DNA of 64,000 nt from Octopus vulgaris (taxonomy: Eukaryota): the NCBI GenBank assembly GCA_951406725.2, contig OX597818.1, positions 145,576,001-145,640,000 of the forward strand, given 5' to 3'. Positions 1 to 15,020 of this stretch are shown piece by piece; within the stretch, counting starts at the first letter, position 1; each line of letters starts with the position of its first letter. The notes under the pieces were generated by a model, which saw only the letters and a list, made by a program, of their open reading frames with translations, had not been told where the DNA came from and did no database searches. A program made the translations under genes and the position numbers.

Positions 1-1099
1 ATATATGTATCAGAGAACATGTGTATCCTTTTCGCTTAATTCGTGTAGAAAAGACGCTCATCATGTTTCTTTTTTTTTTCTTTATAGAAATCCCATAATT
101 TTTAATGTTCAATAAATAGCCCCGTTTCGTAGTATATAAGGTCTTGCCATGTTTCAAGTAGAAGCCCTGTTCTGAAATATTCAGATTCCTGTATTTGATG
201 CATAGCCATATGAGATGATACACCCCCAATTTCAACAGCGCAGACTCAGAAAAAGGTTCTTAATGCATTAAAGCCTATAGGATGTCCAACTTCACGTATA
301 GAACTCAAGATGATTCTTAAAGATGTTTTGAGTGAAAGGTGCAGCTTGTGAGCTATCAAACACGGTATCTGGTATTCCTAGTAGCTGTAAGAGTTCAAGA
401 AATGTGTTCTGAGCTACGTATGAGCCGCAGACCAATACTTTATTCACACAACCATTTCATTTGTAACCCAAAGGATAAGAAAGAGAAGTGGGGGTAGGTT
501 TACTGACTCAAGGGGGGATAAAGAAACAAACATCCGTGTATTTAGAAAGTATGTACTATGGCTAGCTATTTTTTTCTTTAGTTCATGCGCTTTTTTTAAA
601 GCCTGGTGCATCTGGCATAACTATCTAACGTGTGATTGTTTTTCTTCTTTAAGTCAGCAGAGTGTAAATTGAAGCAAATTTGTCTTTTTTTTTTCTACTA
701 GCGGCTTTGACGACCACACATAGGTTTAGTGTGATTGAGATGTAAGGATAAATGGGACGATGCCGAGTGTAACTGAGACTAAAACGAACACTGTTAAGCT
801 TCGAGAATAGATGATGGAGTTGTTTTAATAGAACTCCATCAGAGTTATAGTCAGATATAGTGAGGGAACAAACGCGCAAATACACATGGGTAAAAAGAAA
901 TGGAACTTCGCCGGTTGCACTGATGATTATTCAGTGATACGATCTACTGAGTAACTTGCTCTCTGAATTAACAAGCAATTAACTGAGTATTCTAAAGACG
1001 CCTACTTATAACATAGTCTTTAAGCAGACTCAACGGGACACAGTTGAAAAGTGACATGGTTGTACTTTGGAACTACGAGTACAATCTACCCGATCCACT

Positions 1100-1257
1100 T
1101 CCAAGCACTTTCCGTCTACTTAAATTCACTTACAAGGCTTGAGTTCATCAGAGGTTATTTAGTAAAAGACACTTGTCCAAGACACTGTATCAGGTGACTG
1201 TGCCCGAGATCTCATGATTTCCAAGCGGAACGCTTAACCATCCAACCATATACACCT
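1100..1257 (-). mobile_element. Degenerate 5' head of tRNA-derived SINE family B
   Basis: Diverged match to the head of the full copy at 38805-39201 (cactcacaaggct...gacacttgtccaag...ccatatacacct). Confidence 0.6.
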
Positions 1258-1607
1258 ATATAAGCATAGGTGCGCGCGTGCACACACACATACATATGCA
1301 CACGTGCGCATTAATAAGTCAAGATTGGAAGATGAATATATTTCAATTCAATTTTCGGTTTCCAATAATTAATTCTTAATATTTCAACCAAGAAACCTTT
1401 TCTTGAATTCAGCTTTTCATTGCAGATAGTTCAATATTATTCATAATTATTCCTTTTTGGGTTCTTTCCACTGTTGTAGTATGATGTCACTTGAAATATA
1501 CAAATATATATTTATATTCACACCTTGCTTTGAAAAGTTAATTTTTCATCTCTATGCAATTAATATTTTATTTGCTAATAATAGCTATAAAAGCTACGCT
1601 TTCAAAA

Positions 1608-1792
<185 letters not shown>

Positions 1793-3652
1793 TTGAAGCC
1801 CTGGATTTTCTGTCTCCTATTTTAATCCTCGTTTTGCTTTAGTTCAATTACAGTCTTCATAACTTCAAGACAAATCTTAAAAGACCATCAAAGACATGAA
1901 TACGGGGAAAGCGATGCAGTCAATTAAAGTAGACTTATCAATTGATTAAATTCAAATAAAATTCTATCAACAATTACTGACTACTGAGTTGACCTAGAAA
2001 ATATTTGAAATATATATAACATTTTAAAACATTCGAGATTAAGGAATAAATATGTTAATTTGTTGCTGGTTTAATGAGTTTATCAAAGAAGATAAAGTGC
2101 AGTTGCCAGAATTCTTTTCATGAGGGCTCCCAAGATTGGTCGAAAGAAAAGACAAAGCTTTCTTTGAGCGGAGACCTCGCACGAATACTTGCTGCATAGT
2201 GGACTTGCTAATAGTACCCAAGGGCCGAAAAGAAGGTATTTAGCCAGTCAAAAGATTAATGAACTCTAATCTTTAGAAAAACAATACACGTAAAACTGCA
2301 AAGGATTTCTATAGTTTGACCACGATAGAAATGTCGCTCAAACAACAAGAAAAATCGTGTAAGCTTAAGCCTACACCCAACCAACTGTTTTACTCACCAC
2401 CCCTCTACAATTAAACTCGTAAAACCTTACACCAAATCCTTACATTAAACCCTTCCTCATTAAAACTTCAATAACTTTAAACTAAATCCCTCCTTGTTGT
2501 CATTTTCCCCGTCCATAGCGAATAAGAAAATTTCAATTGAAACTGCCTCTTTATTGACCTCGTTTGCAAAAGCTATTTTGCGTGTCGTTGCCGTCATTCT
2601 TCCATTGATTATATGGTTTTAAAGCAGTCACCTTTACAAAGTACATCTGAAAGTACAAATTTTACTAATTAATTTCGAGTATGAAAACTTATTTACACGT
2701 TATACATACTGTAGGAAAAGTAGAAAATATTCTGTATTTTGATTTATAAAAACAATTTCTATAATACAAAACATTGATATCTAAAACAAAAGTTATAATA
2801 CTGTGACCTTTTATAGTGGCAACATCTGGAACCAAATTAACGGCTCAATTATAACCAATATTAGCGACACTTTCAACACATAAATGAATATAATTGCCAT
2901 TCAATATTCGTAGTACTGTAGCAAAATTATAAAAGCAGCAAAATTAGAGTAGTTTTATTATTATGATAATCACTTCTACCGCCCATCTTACCACATATAA
3001 ACTTCAGCAATTAAATTTCCTACAACCATTAGTGGCGCTTGTACACAGGTTGTCAATAAAGCGGAACATAGTGTTTTCCTTACCTTATATCAAGAAATTA
3101 TTTATAATTATTCATAAGCATGGAATAGGTTAGCCTTATAAGGATTCGTGATCCATTATTGTGGTAATTTCTTGTTTAATATATTCTCGATGCCAAATTA
3201 ACAGTTCAGATATTGTCAGTATAAGTAACATTTCACAGGAAACATTTAGGTTTTCTCATTTTGTCACAATTGGTCAATCACTTTTCAGTGATTAGAATTT
3301 TGCATTCAAAGAGACTCGTAATTGTCATTTACACTTCCTGTGCAACGTTTCCTCTTTGCAAAGCAAAGAGCAATACGATGAGTTTATTTTCTAGCATAAT
3401 ACAGTATATACTACTCAAATTGTGACACATCCTCGCGCACACATTCATATAGAAATACATAAAAGAACTCAAAAGAACCTTATATTAAAAGTATGTTCAG
3501 TTTGGAGTACAATAGTCGTTCATAAAGATTTCCTACACATAACCATGTTTGGACGACTAACCGTGTAAACAACGAAAGTTTTAAAAACACTCGATGGGCA
3601 GAGAGTTATAACTTCACCTGATATGTACAGCAATATAGGTAGCGTGTATAAA

Positions 3653-3957
3653 GCAGAAACGTTAGCACGCCGGGCGAAATGCTTAGCGGTATTTCGTCTG
3701 CCGTTACGTTCTGAGTTCAAATTACACCTAGGTCGACTTTGCCTTTCATTCTTTCGGGGTCGATTAAATAAGTACCAGTTACGCACTGGGGTCGATATAA
3801 TCGACTTGATCCGTTTGTCTGTCCTTGTTTGACCTCTCTGTGTTTAGCCCCTTGGCGGTAGTAAAGAAATAGGTATTTCGTCTGTCTTTATGTTCTGAGT
3901 TCAAATTCCGCCGAGGTCGACTTTGCCATTCATCTTTCCGGGGTCGATAAATTAAGT
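3653..3957 (+). mobile_element. tRNA-derived SINE family A, with partial internal duplication
   Basis: B-box-like GAGTTCAAAT followed by the core tttcatcctttcggggtcgataaattaagtaccag, present twice (about 3690-3780 and 3872-3957). Homologous copies at 5220, 5423, 7140 and 32494. Confidence 0.85.
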
Positions 3958-4085
3958 ATAGCTTTATGTAAATGGAGAAAATATCTCTCTTATGGCAAAA
4001 GGTATGAAGACACCCGGTTTATTTACCAGTTTAAATATATGAATAAAACGATCATTATTGCCTATATATAAATATGCAGAGAAAG

Positions 4086-4123
<38 letters not shown>

Positions 4124-4126
<3 letters not shown>

Positions 4127-4494
4127 ATAATTGAAGGTAAAATTAATTAGTTATTAATCAATTTCACCAAGTAGTGTTCAGTATGTAAAAGGACCATTTA
4201 AGGCATATTCAAAATATTACATTATATCATTAGGGCTTAGTAAAATAAATTACTTTGCCACATACTGAACTTTCTAGAAATAGCAGCCAAAAAGTTTTTT
4301 AGCCATTTCCACTACTTTAAGAAAAATTCTCCCAGCTAATGTTTACTCAAAAATATTATTTATTTTTTAGAAAACATTATCTGGAAGAATTTTTCTTAAA
4401 ATAGTGGAAATGACTAAAAATCTTTTTTGGCTGCTATTTCTAGAAAGTTCAGTATGTGGCAAAGTAATTTATTTTACTAAGCCCTAATGATATA

Positions 4495-4499
<5 letters not shown>
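4124..4499. mobile_element. (TA)n-embedded interspersed element with ~130-bp-arm foldback (probable Penelope-type terminal-repeat remnant)
   Basis: 4218-4345 is the reverse complement of 4372-4499. Flanked by (TA)n on both sides. Rearranged homolog at 47088-47297. Confidence 0.75.
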
Positions 4500-4531
<32 letters not shown>

Positions 4532-4641
4532 TTAAAAACACTCGATGGGCAGAGAGTTATAACTTCACCTGATATGTACAGCAATATAGGTAGCGTGAAT
4601 AAAGCGGTGAGCCAGCAGAAACGTTAGAACCCCACCATTTA

Positions 4642-4699
<58 letters not shown>

Positions 4700-5219
4700 G
4701 TGTGTAGTGGTATATGCATTTATATTTTGAAATGTATATCTCAATATGATTTCTGTTTATAAATGACCAGAAAATTCCACACAGCCTTGGCTTTGTTGTT
4801 TCATTTTATTTAATACACACACATACACACACACACGTATACCTGCGCACACACAACCATGCACACACACAACCATGCACACACACACACACTTGTAAAT
4901 TCGGAACTATAGGCCTACAATTTTAAAGGCTTTATGTTGATGTATTTTTTAAAAATCCAATCAGTTATTATCCTTTTTGTTATTTATATTATTATTATTT
5001 GTGCTAATTTTATTTAGTTAGTTTACTGCCCTGGATGTTTATATACATTTCGATATTTTAAATTCCTCCTATAAGATTTTTGTCTGTACAGTATTGATAA
5101 TTAAAATCAATGATACCAGACGATCCACTCATTTAGAATTAAAAATCCATTTTATTCCTATTTAATGGTAGAATATCTAAGCTCATGCACACGGCAATAA
5201 CAACAGCAACAACAATAAT

Positions 5220-5358
5220 TCTTTCAAATTTTGGCACACGGCCAGCAACTTTTGGAGGAAGGAGTTAGGTGGTTGTATCGACTTAGTATTTAACTGGTAC
5301 TTTATTTTATTGAATCTAAAAGGGTGGAAGACAAAGCCGACCTGCCAGCTCACCACCT
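5220..5358 (-). mobile_element. SINE family A, internally deleted copy
   Basis: Head (ctgccagctcaccacctt) and core (actggtacttt...aaagggtggaag) seen in reverse. Confidence 0.7.
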
Positions 5359-5422
5359 TAATAATGATGATGATGATGATGATATTAACAATAATAATAA
5401 TAATGATAATAATAATAATAAT

Positions 5423-5638
5423 CCTTTCTACTAAAGGCACATGGCCTGAAATTCTGGGGAGGAGACTAGTCGATTACATCGATCCCAGTGCGTTACTGGT
5501 ACTTAATTTATCGACCTCGAAAGGATGAAAGGCAAAGTTAACCCCGGCGGAATTTGAACTCTGAGACATCCAGTGTGCTAAAAAAGTAATATTCATAACA
5601 ACACTGATATGCAAACGATTCTGCCAGCTCACCGCCTT
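5423..5638 (-). mobile_element. SINE family A copy in (AAT)n
   Basis: Reverse complement of head ggcggtgagctggcagaatcg, B-box gagttcaaattccgcc and core. (AAT)n-type repeats on both sides. Confidence 0.85.
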
Positions 5639-5676
5639 AATAACAACAACAATAAGAAACAACAACAACAACAATG

Positions 5677-5747
<71 letters not shown>

Positions 5748-5751
5748 GATG

Positions 5752-5819
<68 letters not shown>

Positions 5820-5823
5820 GATG

Positions 5824-5906
<83 letters not shown>

Positions 5907-5910
5907 GATG

Positions 5911-5965
<55 letters not shown>

Positions 5966-6055
5966 TAAACCCCTCTGAAACAGAGGGGTTTATCATAATA
6001 ATAATAATAATAATAATAAGGCCAACATAATAAAATCAGAAATAACGATGTATGC

Positions 6056-6114
<59 letters not shown>

Positions 6115-6124
6115 CGATGATGAA

Positions 6125-6168
<44 letters not shown>

Positions 6169-6176
6169 GATAGATG

Positions 6177-6244
<68 letters not shown>

Positions 6245-6413
6245 TGATGAAATAATAATAATAGATAATAATAATAATAATAATAATAATACCTGATGTC
6301 ATAATAATAATAATAAGCTAATAATAGATACCATAATAATAATAATAATAATAATAACGATGATGCTCATAATAATCATATATATAAAATATCTCTATGA
6401 TAATAATAATAAC

Positions 6414-6458
<45 letters not shown>

Positions 6459-6462
6459 GATG

Positions 6463-6515
<53 letters not shown>

Positions 6516-6524
6516 GAGTGAAAC

Positions 6525-6597
<73 letters not shown>
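5639..6597. repeat. ~1-kb interrupted (AAT)n array
   Basis: Long AAT runs with recurring aacgatgat interruptions. Confidence 0.97.
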
Positions 6598-7112
6598 GTG
6601 GCTCTCATGGCTTCTGATCTTAACTGATTGGAAGTGTTATCGTGTGCATTGTTTTGTCTTGGTATAAAAGATGGGCTACAGCAAATATTCTGCTCAATAC
6701 CACAGATTTGCTTGTCAGTTGTTTGACCTTAACCAGTTGAGCATGTCCCTTAGTGGCTGACGATATGTGCATCTCTGATCACGAGCAGAAGTAGTGGGGG
6801 AGCATCATAGCCATGTGTTGAGAGGGATTCTTTGGGGTTTGAATAATTCACCTCTGGAAACATGGGCTGTTTTTTCAACAACCTTAAACAACCCTTATTC
6901 AGGGACCGTTTGAGCGGGATGAGCTACTCAACCTGAAGAAAATTCCCACCTGCAAGGTCATGTGCTTGATATGAGATCACCATGTCGCGCACAATTGGTT
7001 ATGATGCATGTGCCTTGTGTACCTTTATCAGACGGGTAGTCATGATGGGTATATCGGGCTTCGTATATTTTACCCCAGTGTCACTTTGATGGCATGAACT
7101 GCTCTCTCACTC

Positions 7113-7113
<1 letters not shown>
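6598..7113 (+). mobile_element. Non-coding interspersed element inserted in (AAT)n; possible 3' end of an R4/Dong-type non-LTR element
   Basis: 516 bp of complex sequence with sharp borders, ending ctctctcactc directly into (AAT)n. The family call is inferred only from the TAA target. Confidence 0.55.
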
Positions 7114-7139
<26 letters not shown>

Positions 7140-7143
<4 letters not shown>

Positions 7144-7320
7144 TCTACTATACGCACAAGGTCTGAAATTTGGAGTATTGGGCTAGTCGATTACATCGAC
7201 CCAGTGCCCCACTGGCACTTATTTCATTAACTAGAAAGGATCAAAGGCAAAGCCCACCTCGGCGGAATTTGAACTCAGAACGCAAAGTATTTTGCTAAGG
7301 ATTGTGCCAGCTTGCTGCCT
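7140..7320 (-). mobile_element. SINE family A copy
   Basis: Core and B-box (ggcggaatttgaactc) in reverse. Confidence 0.8.
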
Positions 7321-7467
7321 TAAATACATCACTAATAATAAGAAATATCGATGGTCACTTTCTTTACAAAACATGCGACAAAGAGAAATTATTTAACACT
7401 TTGCTTATGTTGTACGCATTCTTCAGATAACTGCACCCACTTTTGTTTGATTTGGAATCGGTGATTA

Positions 7468-7499
<32 letters not shown>

Positions 7500-8061
7500 C
7501 TGTGTGTGTCTGTGTATGTGTGTATCTGTGTGTGTGTGTGTGTGTGTGTCTGTGTCTGTGTGTGTCTGTGTATGTGTGTATCTGTGTGTGTGTGTGTTGC
7601 ATTGCTTAATATATGTGAAATAGTGCTACTTTTTTTGCTATAGTGTTATTGTGAATCCTGAAAATTTGGATACTATTATTTGTCCATTATTTATGTACTG
7701 AGATTCTGTTTTCAAACCCAACATTAAGCATCTCTTCTCGAAGATAATTATGTTTTGAATAATTTCACCAGTTGTTTCAGAGAAGTGGTTCCATCTACTG
7801 AAACTAATACACGTACAATTAGAGAATTTCGGTTTCTTTTCTTCTCATTGTCTGCAAGAAGAATACATTGTTAGTTCGGATTCATTTCAACGGTATTGTG
7901 AATTGGCATTTCATAGAATATGGTTATTTAATCACTTCCAAAGATGCTGCTGTTGTTGTCACTCGGCCTATGATGAAAGAACTTCAAGCGGTGGCGAACT
8001 AATCTTTTCTTTTCTAAAACTGCGTTAACTATCCAATGTCATTCCTTTTTCGAGTTTGCAG

Positions 8062-9031
8062 TATGTAAATTTAGGGAAAATTGGTTCCTATTTCTAGTAT
8101 TTCGAATGACCATGTTGAAGTTCCATCGCATCGTGTTGTCTTTCCATGCACTACTAATTGCATTTTTTCTTCTGAAATCGTTACATACTACCGTCACTTC
8201 ATTGAATCATTTTAATTGAAATTAAAATTGTCTTATCGTTTTCATCGTGGCCTTTACTAACTACAGGAAAATCCACGTTCCATATTTCCTACGATTCAAT
8301 GATGGGACCCTTGCTTTACTGTTGGATATGCTACAAATAGTAACCAAATTCTCCTCACGTCACATCCTTCTTTCTTGACAATAGAAGGACATATTGCATA
8401 AGTAGAGTAGGCCTATACAATGCAATGAGATATTCAGTAGATTTCGTAGTCCTATATATAATATATTTAACACAATCACCAAGCTGCTGCTGATTATAGG
8501 GTTATGCCTATATGCAGTGATACTCAGTCTGGGTGACTCGAGTATTATTTTAGTTGATGCTGTTGGTTGTATGTTGTTAGATAGTTCCAGGCCAACCCTA
8601 ATAAGTCAGCATTTTTGACCATCACGTCTTCTTTTTGTAACAAAACGTATATAGACAGTGTCCTTTTTAAAAATTTAGATGTTATTGTACGATTTTAGAG
8701 AGGTTTCGTTAACATTATTAACATACCGAATAATCGTACAACAGAGGTTCCTTGGTGAACTCGTGGCCTTTTTTAATATGATAAATGTATTTGCTACGAA
8801 CCATAATTGATGGCCTTATCAGTGACTAAACAATATGAACTAACTACCTTTTTAACGGTTCTAAAACTCAGGAAAATTGTCCTGAGTCGAATGCACTCTT
8901 AACTATGTAATATGTAAATTTAGGGAAAATTGGTTCCTATTTCTAGTATTTCGAATGACCATGTTGAAGTTCTATCGCATCGTGTTGTCTTTCCATGCAC
9001 TACTAATTGCATTTTTTCTTCTGAAATCGTT
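8062..9031. repeat. 121-bp direct repeat pair (8062-8182 and 8911-9031)
   Basis: One mismatch seen (ttccatcg vs ttctatcg). Confidence 0.95.
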
Positions 9032-10357
9032 TTTATTGTTACTTAAGACATAGTCTGCTACTGATGTTGTTGTTGTTGAAGTTATTTTTATTGTTTATTA
9101 AAGTTATTGATGTTATTGGTGAAATATCATATTTCTTTTTTCTCTTTTTATTTTTCTTTGTATGTTCTTCTGTTCTTTCTTACTGCTTGCCAAAATGCAT
9201 TTAGCATGCTGCATTTATATAATATCCGGAATGGCTACCAATGATTTTGGAATATCAATATTGAAAATGTTTGATTGAAAACCTCATGAAATATGTATGT
9301 CCTTTATGGTGTGGGAAAGTTATGGCCAGAGGTGTTCGGCTTGTTATGGAATGGCTACTTCTATATCATCTGAAGATACAGAATGTCTGAAGATATAGAA
9401 TACTTGAGTTCGAAATAAGGAATTACTATGAAAAGGAGGAGATAGGAAATATAGAGGGAAATAAGAGAATGAAAATAGAAATAAAAATATTAAATATTTA
9501 AAGATACTGTAGTTGCAGTTCCGTTATTCGAGGAAAGTGGACTATAGAAGTGATAAAAAAGTTGCCTGTACATGGTATGTAAGTTCCAATTGTAGTTCAT
9601 GTTTCGTATTTCAAATTATGGAGCTGTGAATTCTATGCTGCTCATTCGAAAGGGTTTTGTGTTGAGAATGTATTGGTAGCATTTGTGAAAAGATGGTGGG
9701 TGGAGAGATGTGTACGTTTAGAATGAGGAGGTAAGTCAAATGGAAAGAGGAAGAGAAGATGAGAAGAAGAAAGAGAGAAAAGGGGAGATAAATGAAATGA
9801 GTGAAGAAAAAAGAAAGGATGAAAGAAATTAGAAAAGGAGTGGTAGCTGATGGTCAAGATGATGTGAGGGGAGGATGGGAGAGAAATAGGGGAGGGATAG
9901 AAAGAGATGGGAAGGTAAGGAATAAAAAAGTGACATGATAGATATTAAGGGATGAGTAGAGAGAAGGTATGGGTAGGGTGCTACCAAAGTGAATAGTAAT
10001 TTTAGTAGTAAATTTAAAGTGGAGGGAAAAATAGAAGGATGTCAAATTGCTATAAATAGACGTATGTGATTGTATAGGTTAGTGTGATAGGTAGGAATAA
10101 GAGAGGAGGAGATAAGGTATAATGACATACGCACGCGCGCACAAACGTACATATACATACATATACGTACATACATACATACATACATACATACATACAT
10201 ACATACATGCATACATACATATACATACATACATACATACATATACATACATACATACATACATACATACATACATACATACATACATGCATGCATACAT
10301 ACATACATACATACATACATACATGCATACATACATACATACATACATACATATACG

Positions 10358-10391
<34 letters not shown>

Positions 10392-10809
10392 CATACATAC
10401 ATACAAACTACATACATACATGCATACATACATGCATATAAACACACAAACACAAACACATGCATATATATATACACGCATACACATATATATACATGCA
10501 TGTCCACGCGCATCCATTAATGTATTCATACACGCATATGCGAGTGCATAGATATACACATACATGCACACGCACATACATACACGCAGGTGCACACGCG
10601 CTTACACACAGTCAGGCGCACGTGCGTATACTGGTACATACGTATACATATATACACACACTCACTCATATATATTTGTATATACATATGCAAGTACATA
10701 TACATACACAGACATATACACATATATATATATACATACATGTACCCACATACATGTACAGGTGAAGTTATGTTATAACAAGGTTCCATCTATTAAACAA
10801 CAACAACTC

Positions 10810-11390
10810 TTCTTCTTTCTTACAATTCGATATAGATAATTACTACTCTTCTATTTCTCCCAAAACTTTTTAATCAAGCTCTCCTTCTAGTTAGGAATCT
10901 AACTAACCTTACACCAATAGAAATTAACATAATCCTTAATGCCTGTAAAACCCTTATTTCTTTTAAGGACAAACTCTGGTGCCGGGCCAATCATCATAAC
11001 AATACCAATAACCATAGCAATTTATTTGACTTTACCATGAGATCATTCGACTCCACCCAGGTCATCGACTTCGTTGGAGTATACATACTCCACCAGCTCC
11101 AAATACATTTTCCTAACCTCAAGGGAGGCCTCTACAGAGATGAAGCCTTGCTAGTTACCAAGAGCGTAAATAAATCCTCTTTAGAACGAGCTAGAAAAGA
11201 TCTGCACAATTTTATCTCTCGTCTAAACCTATCTAGTACATTTGAAAATTCAAAGTTACAAACATTTTAGACGTAACTTTAAACTGAGAAACCTCCCAGT
11301 AGTCCTCTTATCACAAACCTAACCAATACCTTAAATACTTAAACATTCATTCCCAACACCACAAATGCACCTTTGATAACATAGTCTAGG
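10810..11390 (+). pseudogene. Decayed Penelope-like reverse transcriptase fragment
   Basis: Translation includes FDFTMRSFDSTQVIDFVG, GGLYRDEAL, FLDVTLN and YHKPN...HSQHH, colinear with the RT at 45572. Contains stops and frameshifts. Confidence 0.85.
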
Positions 11391-12687
11391 GATTTACTAT
11401 GTTTCTCGCATCTAAAATACCATACAGCATAATTTTGGTGGTGAGTAAAATTATCTCTCGCTTCTAAACTATGTGTTACAAATACCAAATGGCAACTGAG
11501 AACAACTCCATTTTATAAGGGGAGATAATCCCAAGAATGAAGAATTCTCCAAAGTTGACAGGTGAGTCAGTTACCTGAATGAACGCGTACAAAAGAGAAT
11601 CTGAATAACGATTAAGTGAATAAGCTTTGAACGAATAATTTAACTCTAGTAACATGAATATATTTATTCGTATTTCTGTCTGTCTCTCTCTCTCTCTCTT
11701 GCTCACTCTACCTATCTCTCTATACGGATCAATCAACACACATACACATATATGTGTGTGAATGTGTGTGCGTGAGTATATATATATATATATATGTATA
11801 TATATGCATGTATTATGTATATGGAAAGCATGCGATAATATATTGATAGTAATGGTGGCGGCATCAGTAGTGATTCTGCTAAATCATACAACAATAGTAG
11901 TGTGAGTATTGACCCCCCCGGGGAAGAAGGAGAGAAGTGTACTCATTGTAAACCCATAATCGCGTGGTAACATAAAATTACATGTATCGAAAGATGAATG
12001 GTGATGAGAAAACGAGGGAATTAAAGAATGAGAGAATGAGAGAAGAAAAACAGTGTAAACAGTTAAGCGGCAATCAGATAAATAATGCAGCTCAGTGTGT
12101 TGCGAACGAAAGAGATGTGGATTACAAGTTGTTTAAGTTTGGGCTGGGACTATGATTTATGGTTTGGCCTCCCAGGTTATTTCATTGGTCTACCTTTAGG
12201 GCCAATTTAAAATTGGATTTACAAATGATTATAGGGAACAGTAACAGCAAAGATACATAAAAATAGTGGTAAGTATTGGTGGTATTGGCTGCAGTTGTGG
12301 TAGCAGTGGGACTGAGGTTTGTAATAGAAGTGATTGTATTCGACATTGTTTGAGGGTAGTGGTAGGAGCTGTGTCTGAGTTTCTGCTAATGTTTAATGCC
12401 TCCAGTGAAATGGTTCAAGCCACAAGCATTCCTTTCTTTTTTCAGACATGCTATAAACCGGGACTACACTGTTACCTTACATGTTTGGAAGATACTACAA
12501 AATAGGATTTGAAGGTAGTGTTATTGCTTTTTCTAGCAAGTCGTGCAAATAGATAGAATATTCCTCACTTGCTCGCGAGAGTAGTAACAGTTGTAGTAGT
12601 AGTAGTGGTAGTGATGGTACTGGTGCTGGTGGTTGCGGCGTCGTCGTCGGCGATGGTAGTAGTAGTAGTAGCAGCAGTAGCAGCAGC

Positions 12688-12770
<83 letters not shown>

Positions 12771-13245
12771 CAAAATAGAGAGTAGACGTGATGGCGGTCG
12801 ATATAGAGTGAGTAGAGTGGTGATCATAGTTAAACATTTTGTTTAGCCCTTGGTCATTTGATTGATAATCGATCTTCTAACCTTGATTCCATTCTCTCAA
12901 TTCATTTATTCATCCATTCATTTATTTTACAGTGTTTCACGCATTTCATCAAATGTGATTTCGCTCAATTTTAAAATGCCAGGTTGTGATTTGAGAGGAA
13001 CTTAGCCTCTATTTCTAGCAGATTGAGCGACCACATACAAGCTCCATCGTGTTTGAATGATGAGGGCTTTTATCCTAGCGGTAATAGTTGCGAAGGTGAT
13101 GGCTGTGGTGGTTATTACGTTTGCAGTTGAATGTGTTGGAAGGGATGAAGTTGGAGGGAAGAGGATGGACAGTGGTGGCGTTTCTGGAGTTGGTTAATTA
13201 TCTCGGCCACTATAATGATGACTGCAGTATACGATAGCGATAACG

Positions 13246-13703
<458 letters not shown>

Positions 13704-13899
13704 TCCTGCAGTTTGAAAGGTGGTGATTATCTTATGCCATCGATTTCAGTACTTCTCTGATACATAATCTTATCGATATCGGAGATCTGAGAAGTAAAAT
13801 TGACATCGGTCGCATTTGAACTCGGAACGCTGAGAATATCGTCCGCCGTGCGGTGTATGAAACATATTCAACGCCAATAAAATCACACTGATGGGGCAT

Positions 13900-14330
13900 G
13901 AAGGAAGTCTAGCTGTTTGGATGTAAGACAGTACTTAACAGAGATAAAGAGAGTTTCATGACAGAGCGGTAGCAATACGCCTCCCCCACCATGAAACAAG
14001 TGGGATATAGGAAACGTCAGCCAACGGGTAAACCAGCAATGTCGAACAAGTTCATGTGAAAGAACAGTCAGTATATTACAAGAGGCCAAATCAGAGGAAA
14101 AAGCTGCATTTTACCCAGGCCGTCCAAACAACTCTGAAGCCGGATTTCATCTTGGAGTTTGAGAAGGTAACGAAGATAATCTTCAATGAGTTGACAGTCC
14201 CAAGGGAAGATGGATGCGATCAAGCCTTTGACTGAAAGAGTGCCGAGAAATAATAGACTTTAAATAATTGCAAGGAAGAGAGATGACAAGTATGGCTATT
14301 TTGAGATGTGGCGGACTGCAGAAAATAACG
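13900..14330 (+). pseudogene. Decayed Hero/NeSL-like non-LTR retrotransposon REL endonuclease fragment
   Basis: Frame from about 14101 reads KLHFTQAVQTTLKPDFILEFEKVTKIIFNELTVPREDGCDQAFD*KSA, resembling the LRPD...ELTVPWE...ERK motif. Confidence 0.7.
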
Positions 14331-14353
14331 TTGGAGTTATGAAAGGTAGCAGT

Positions 14354-14397
<44 letters not shown>

Positions 14398-14404
14398 AAC
14401 AAAC

Positions 14405-14438
<34 letters not shown>

Positions 14439-15020
14439 AACAAACACACACACACACACACACACAAACAAACAAACACATAGATTATTCATCTATTTTA
14501 TACGTATATATATATATACTATCTATATATATTTATGAAATATGTAGATTATACGTGATAAATATAATTTATGTGCGTATGTGTATGCATATAATTTATA
14601 TGCATGTGTGTGTATGCATATAATTTATAAACATATTATTTATAAAATATGCATCTATTTATCAAATATTATATTGTATATCATACATGCATCATATATG
14701 CATTATATATATACACGTAGTTTGCTTTTGAATTGTACACATTGTATACCTTATATGCAATTATATTATATACATACATTTACACATAAATTTATAAATA
14801 AGGATAATATCGATATTTAAATATCGATATTATCAAGTGGCCAGCATAGGAAAAATACCATACAAAGGTAATAATTTTTTTACAACTAAAAATAAGGGTG
14901 TCTGAAATAGCCGAAATAGCAGTCAAAACCCTGACTCTAAGAACCACCTTAAATGTTCATATCACACCATGAGATAAGATATAGGGACAAAATAGAGTAG
15001 CAAAAAGATATTACTGAATA

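Noticed and set aside
5629-6608. Poly-Ile and poly-Tyr ORFs
   Set aside because: (AAT)n array.
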